A stretch of DNA of 20,000 nucleotides from an uncultured virus (IMG/VR IMGVR_UViG_3300021404_000010) (Duplodnaviria; Heunggongvirae; Uroviricota; Caudoviricetes). Below, in pieces: positions 15,894 through 20,000 of this stretch (positions are counted from its first letter, which is position 1; every line of letters starts with the position of its first letter). The DNA lies in the IMG/VR virus record IMGVR_UViG_3300021404_000010. One strand, written 5' to 3'. Below the pieces are notes generated by a model, which ran no database searches, was not told where the DNA came from, and saw nothing but the letters and a program-made list of their open reading frames with translations. A program made the translations under genes and the position numbers.

Positions 15894-18800
15894 CAGGCGG
15901 CTTCCAGCATCTGGACGCGGGCGGCGAGTTCCTTGATCGCATTGACCATCGCGGCGACAATCGGTGTGGTGCTCACTCCAAGCGTCGGATCGGCGCTGTC
16001 GCGCCCGCCGCTGCCATCCGGCAACACAAGCCCCATCACATGCACCGCCTCGGGAAGCACGCCCTGTACTTCCTGGGCGACAAAGCCGAGATCGGGTTTC
16101 GGTTCGGGGCCAGCCGACCTGGGGATGCGCGTGAAGGTCACCGGCCGCAGTTGCAGGATTTCCGCAAGCCCATGCTCGGCATCAGCGATGTTCTGTTTGC
16201 CGCGCGCATCGGAGTAGTCCTGATAGGCGCCACTGCCGCCGACCGGACCGAGATTGTTGACGAGCAAAGCCGATGAGATGGCGAAGCCGATGAATGCGCC
16301 ACTGGCCGTCTGCCACCACAGATCACCGTTGCCGCCGTTCCAGTCCCAATACCATTGAGATGCGATGTTGATGACACGACCAGTTCCACCGGGACCGATC
16401 CAAAAAGAGCCCGACATGCAGGAGAGGCCGCCCGCCGCGGCAACACTCCCTCTCGTGGAGAGACCGCCGCCGGTATCGAGCGTCATGTTGATCGTGCCGC
16501 CCTCGACGAAGCGCCACGCGCCATCGCTGGCATTGCGCGCCAGATAGTAGTTGGTGTTGTTGGCGACATAGAATATGCCGCTCGCGTTCATGATGTAGTT
16601 TTGCGTGTTGATATAGCCAGAGACGACCATATTGCCGCTGATGTTCGTATTGGCGGCGACCGACAAACCGCCGGCCAAGGTCAAACCGCCGCCGCTGTCG
16701 AAGGTCGCGAAGGTCGTTCCGCCGTTGCCAACCCAGACCAGATTGCCGCTTGAGCGGTTCCAGGCCCAATACCAGCCGTTTTCATATTGGTGATAGAGGT
16801 ATGCTGAACTGCCATACAGCACGAAATTGGAGGCGGTGGCGCGCGCGGCATAGACGCCAGTGGCGCCGAGAATATCGCTGCCCGCGGTGATCGCGCCCGT
16901 AGCGTTGATGCTTGCCGTGTAGAAATTGCCCACTGTGGTGAGACTGCCGTTGACGGTGAGATTGCCCGCAGGGGTGAGCGCCATCACCTGCGTCAGCGAC
17001 GCCACAGCACCGACAGCACCAGAGGGCGCCGACGACCAGGTCCATCCACCCGGAACGGCCTGAAACACGTTCCCCGCAGCAGCGGTCTGATATCGCCAAG
17101 CGGCGCCGTCAAAGTAGAGGTTGCAGACGTAATTCCCCGCCGTGATGCCCCACGCAAAAATCCAGCCGCCGCTGCTTCCAGCAACCGCCTGCCCTGCCGG
17201 CGGCGTCATGTTGAGACCAACATTGCCGCGCGCATCAACTTGGAACGCCGGCCCCCACGTCACCAGCGCATCGGCTGCGCCAGCCACCGCCGCCGCGATG
17301 CCGGTGAGGCCGCCGAACGACCCGAAAAACAAAGCCGTATTGGCATTGCGATAACGCCATGCGCCTGCGGTATCGACATAGGCGTTGTACGTGAAGCTGC
17401 CGGCGACCACCTGGCCGGTCACCACACCGCATTGGGTGGTCGTGTTGATGAGCGCGGGGAACGGTCGACCGACAGCGAGATTGCCGCTCAACTGTCCGCC
17501 CGTCAGTGGCAGCACCTGCGCCCATGCCGCATTCAATCGGCCATAGCCGAAGCCATCGACCGGCGCGTCGGTCAGGCCGGCCGCGTGCAGATCGACATAC
17601 TGCTTGGTAACCGCCTGCATCGCCGACACCGGATCAGCGGCCAGCGTCAACGCGCCCGTCATCGTGCCGCCCGACAGCCGCAGGAACCCATCGACGTACT
17701 GCTTGGTTGCCGCCTGCAATGCCGTCGTGGGATCGGCTGGCAGGGTGATCGGATTGCCCGCCGTGATGCCGCCCGCAGCCGACAGCAGCATCGATTGTGA
17801 GCCGCCAGCGGCCCGGATGACGAACCGCGTCGGCGCCACCCAGGTCAGATTGACCTGCACGCCCGTTCCGGAAAAGCCCGGCGCCGGGCTCAGCGTGACG
17901 GGGTTTGCAGGCACGCCACCGAAGCGCGCCGTCGCTGCATTGAGCGCGATCGCCGTGACCGCCCCGGCGGTGACCGCGGTCGCCGTATAGGTGTTGTTGT
18001 AGGCGTCATAGAAGCGGTCGTTGACGTTGCAGCCCGAGCCGCCCGCCACAGGTGTCGCCGAGGGCAGCGTGGCGACGAGGGCGTTGCCGTCAAGCTGGAA
18101 GATCTGATCGAAGCCGGATTTGACGATGCTGATGTGCTGGATGGTGCTGTAGGCATTCGGCAGCGCGTTCAAGGCGTACATATCGCCGTAGTTGATCACC
18201 GCGCCGCTGCGGGTGTTGATCACCAGCCCATACATCCACTGCGGGATGGGCATGCCGCTGATGTTCGGGCCGAAGCCGATGCCGTTCCAGCTATTCAGCG
18301 AGTAGTTGGCAACCGCCATGCTCGCGCCGTCCTGGCCGGCGTTGGCGCGAATCTGATGCGAGGAATTGCCCAGCCAGATTGCCGGTCCGATCGACACGCC
18401 GAGCGCGATGCCCGGCAGGAAGATCGGATTGTCGAACTCGAGGATGCTGTTCGTCGCGGCGGCGACGAATGAGATGTTGCCCGATCTCGCACCATCGTTC
18501 GGCGTGAGCGTCAGCGTGTTGCCGACATAGCCGAAGGTGACCGTGCCGGTGTTGTTGATCCGGAAAACGTCGTTGCCGTTGTTGACGTAGACCAGAAAGC
18601 CGGAGCCGGGCGTCACAAGGTTCAGCCGCGAGGCAGTGACGTTGAACCCATAGCCGGCGGAGTGCAGCGAAATGTGCCGTGTGAGATCGCTGGTGCTCGC
18701 CGCGGTCGCCGCGCCGAAGCTCAGCCCGCCGCTCAGCGCCCCGCCTGTGAGCGGCAGGTAGTTCCCCGCCTTGGTGTCCACGTACTGCTTGGTCGCGGCC

Positions 18801-19735
18801 TGCAGCGCGGTCGTCGGGTCCGCGCCCAGCGTCACCGTATTGCTCCCCGACATGAACAAGCCGCCGGGCGAGAAGGTGCCGATGTCGGAGTTGTTGCCGA
18901 CGACCATGACGATGTTCGATCCGGCGACAATGTTCAGCCGGTTGCTGGTGATCGAGATGCCGTACTGATTGCCCCACAGGTTGATGTGGTGCGAGAAATC
19001 GAGCGGCGTCAGGCCGATGGCGGACCCGAACCCGATCCCGCCGCTCATCGTGCCGCCGGTCAGCGACAGCTTCGCCGTATCGGACGGATGCACATGGTCG
19101 CCGGCGGACCAATACCCGCTCGATCCAGGTGAGGCTGCGCCATCCATCAGCGGCGGCTGGGTCGAGGCGAGGGGGATGTTGAGCGGCGTCGCGTAGCGCC
19201 CGTCGGCGGTGCGCAGGTTCAACGCATCGGTCGCCGCCGTCGCATCGGCAAGCTGGGTGATCTTGTTGTTGAGCATCGAAAGCTGGCCGTAGAACTGCGC
19301 GGAGCCAGCAAACGTGCCGAGAATGGTGCTGCCTTGTACCGAGAACACGAGGGCATTAGAGGCACGCGAGATGCCGGTGCCGTCCGCCGCGCCAAGCTGC
19401 AATCCCGGTGATGCCGTCGTGCCATTCGGCACCACAAGCGGTCCGGTCAAGGCGCCGCCCGTAATCGGCAGAACTGCCTGCCACGTGTTTGTGCTGCCGC
19501 GCCGGCCATAAACCTGACCGTCCTCCGGCGCGTCGGTCGCGTTCTGCGCGTCATACAGCAGCTTGATGCCGGATGGATCGAGCGAGGTCGGCACGCCGAC
19601 CCACAGCATCATCGGATCGGCGAGCCCGACGGCGATCTCCCCGACATAGAGCGAGTTGGCAGCGGGCCACTGATTGCCGACCGTCCAGCGATGCCGCGCG
19701 ACGCCCTCGCGGCCGACCGGAATTACATCGGACAT
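15893..19735 (-). CDS. Long trimeric fibre protein with C-terminal Peptidase S74 intramolecular chaperone, 1280 aa
   Basis: Shaft motifs LPLTGG.LSG and ADPTTALQAATKQYVD; PLMDG...DHVHPSD; C-terminus YSDARGKQNI...LRPVTF...GFVAQEV...PEAV...NAIKELAARVQMLE (Ser codon 16211-16213, Lys 16196-16198). Confidence 0.92.
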   Translation of the reverse strand: MSDVIPVGREGVARHRWTVGNQWPAANSLYVGEIAVGLADPMMLWVGVPTSLDPSGIKLLYDAQNATDAPEDGQVYGRRGSTNTWQAVLPITGGALTGPLVVPNGTTASPGLQLGAADGTGISRASNALVFSVQGSTILGTFAGSAQFYGQLSMLNNKITQLADATAATDALNLRTADGRYATPLNIPLASTQPPLMDGAASPGSSGYWSAGDHVHPSDTAKLSLTGGTMSGGIGFGSAIGLTPLDFSHHINLWGNQYGISITSNRLNIVAGSNIVMVVGNNSDIGTFSPGGLFMSGSNTVTLGADPTTALQAATKQYVDTKAGNYLPLTGGALSGGLSFGAATAASTSDLTRHISLHSAGYGFNVTASRLNLVTPGSGFLVYVNNGNDVFRINNTGTVTFGYVGNTLTLTPNDGARSGNISFVAAATNSILEFDNPIFLPGIALGVSIGPAIWLGNSSHQIRANAGQDGASMAVANYSLNSWNGIGFGPNISGMPIPQWMYGLVINTRSGAVINYGDMYALNALPNAYSTIQHISIVKSGFDQIFQLDGNALVATLPSATPVAGGSGCNVNDRFYDAYNNTYTATAVTAGAVTAIALNAATARFGGVPANPVTLSPAPGFSGTGVQVNLTWVAPTRFVIRAAGGSQSMLLSAAGGITAGNPITLPADPTTALQAATKQYVDGFLRLSGGTMTGALTLAADPVSAMQAVTKQYVDLHAAGLTDAPVDGFGYGRLNAAWAQVLPLTGGQLSGNLAVGRPFPALINTTTQCGVVTGQVVAGSFTYNAYVDTAGAWRYRNANTALFFGSFGGLTGIAAAVAGAADALVTWGPAFQVDARGNVGLNMTPPAGQAVAGSSGGWIFAWGITAGNYVCNLYFDGAAWRYQTAAAGNVFQAVPGGWTWSSAPSGAVGAVASLTQVMALTPAGNLTVNGSLTTVGNFYTASINATGAITAGSDILGATGVYAARATASNFVLYGSSAYLYHQYENGWYWAWNRSSGNLVWVGNGGTTFATFDSGGGLTLAGGLSVAANTNISGNMVVSGYINTQNYIMNASGIFYVANNTNYYLARNASDGAWRFVEGGTINMTLDTGGGLSTRGSVAAAGGLSCMSGSFWIGPGGTGRVINIASQWYWDWNGGNGDLWWQTASGAFIGFAISSALLVNNLGPVGGSGAYQDYSDARGKQNIADAEHGLAEILQLRPVTFTRIPRSAGPEPKPDLGFVAQEVQGVLPEAVHVMGLVLPDGSGGRDSADPTLGVSTTPIVAAMVNAIKELAARVQMLEAA
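17590..18836 (-). repeat. Dispersed ADP(TT/VS)A(L/M)QA(A/V)TKQYVD repeats in fibre 1 (~17590-17645, ~17690-17745, ~18776-18830); fourth copy in fibre 2 (~13217-13270)
   Basis: Visible in both translation and DNA (shared core tactgcttggt...gcctgca in the three fibre-1 copies). Confidence 0.85.
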
Positions 19736-19739
19736 GGCG

Positions 19740-20000
19740 TCAGGCCCACCCGACCATCACGCCCATCGCCCAGGTCCAGACCGTGCCGACCATGCTCTGA
19801 TCGACGCCGACCGCCAGCGTCTCATAACCGCCGGTGCCGACCAGTTGCGCCCACCACAAATATTGCTGGCCGTAGATCGTATAATTCCACGGCCCGCCGC
19901 CCTCGATCGCGGTGGTGCTCTGGTCATAGCTCGCGCTGACCTTGCTGACCGATTTGCTCGACAGCAGCCCGGTTCCCGTCCCCGGCGCCGCCCCGCCTTG
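19740..20000 (-). CDS. Partial head-tail adaptor (DUF4054-like), C-terminal 86 aa
   Basis: Hand translation: QGGAAPGTGTGLLSSKSVSKVSASYDQSTTAIEGGGPWNYTIYGQQYLWWAQLVGTGGYETLAVGVDQSMVGTVWTWAMGVMVGWA*. SSKSV.KVS.SYD...WN.T.YGQ is the family signature. Confidence 0.85.
   Translation of the reverse strand, partial: QGGAAPGTGTGLLSSKSVSKVSASYDQSTTAIEGGGPWNYTIYGQQYLWWAQLVGTGGYETLAVGVDQSMVGTVWTWAMGVMVGWA

Larger units (their letters stand above)
1..20000 (-). mobile_element. Myovirus-type phage/prophage neck-tail-baseplate module (both ends extend beyond the window)
   Basis: Co-oriented, tightly coupled minus-strand ORFs resembling adaptor, head closure, terminator, sheath, tube, chaperone, tape measure, hub, spike and wedge proteins. 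Head-tail joining genes argue for a phage rather than a headless tailocin/eCIS. No integrase or att site is in the window, so prophage versus free phage cannot be decided. Confidence 0.95.

Noticed and set aside
15893..19735. Diversity-generating retroelement target (Mtd_N-like start, internal repeats)
   Set aside because: No reverse transcriptase, no near-identical TR/VR pair with adenine-specific mismatches, and the C-terminus is an S74 chaperone rather than a C-type lectin fold.
1..20000. Tailocin, eCIS or T6SS locus
   Set aside because: Head-tail adaptor, closure and neck genes imply a capsid; no Tss membrane complex or eCIS ATPase genes are present.
1..20000. CRISPR array, tRNA, rRNA, IS element or invertase-type inverted repeats
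   Set aside because: None seen; the window is almost fully coding and the repeats are degenerate and protein-level.

Overview
The whole 20 kb window is one GC-rich, minus-strand virion morphogenesis operon of a contractile-tailed (myovirus-type) phage or prophage, with most genes coupled by ATGA/TGATG overlaps. Transcription order (right to left): DUF4054-like head-tail adaptor (partial), 1280-aa fibre with an S74 autocleaving chaperone, neck/morphogenesis protein, small membrane protein, small HTH protein, head-closure protein, 76-aa ORF, tail terminator, a second ~768-aa fibre-like protein, DUF3383 sheath, a four-gene insert (Pro-rich repeat protein, Tae2/BPSL0067-like Cys-His peptidoglycan amidase, holin-like protein, pectin-lyase-like beta-helix), tail tube, tail chaperone with a -1 frameshift, baseplate hub (out of its usual position), tape measure with a lysozyme-like domain, Dit-like protein, baseplate plug, Gp138-like spike, gp25-like wedge, and a partial Pro/Arg-rich ORF. 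The most unusual points are: (i) two large fibre genes inside the neck cluster, each directly after a neck protein with a C-terminal extension, one carrying two fibritin-foldon-like motifs; (ii) a T6SS-effector-type amidase cassette between sheath and tube; (iii) a small ORF resembling Tad1/Acb2 anti-defence sponges; (iv) a nested domain duplication in the sheath. All family assignments come from recalled motifs, not database searches.
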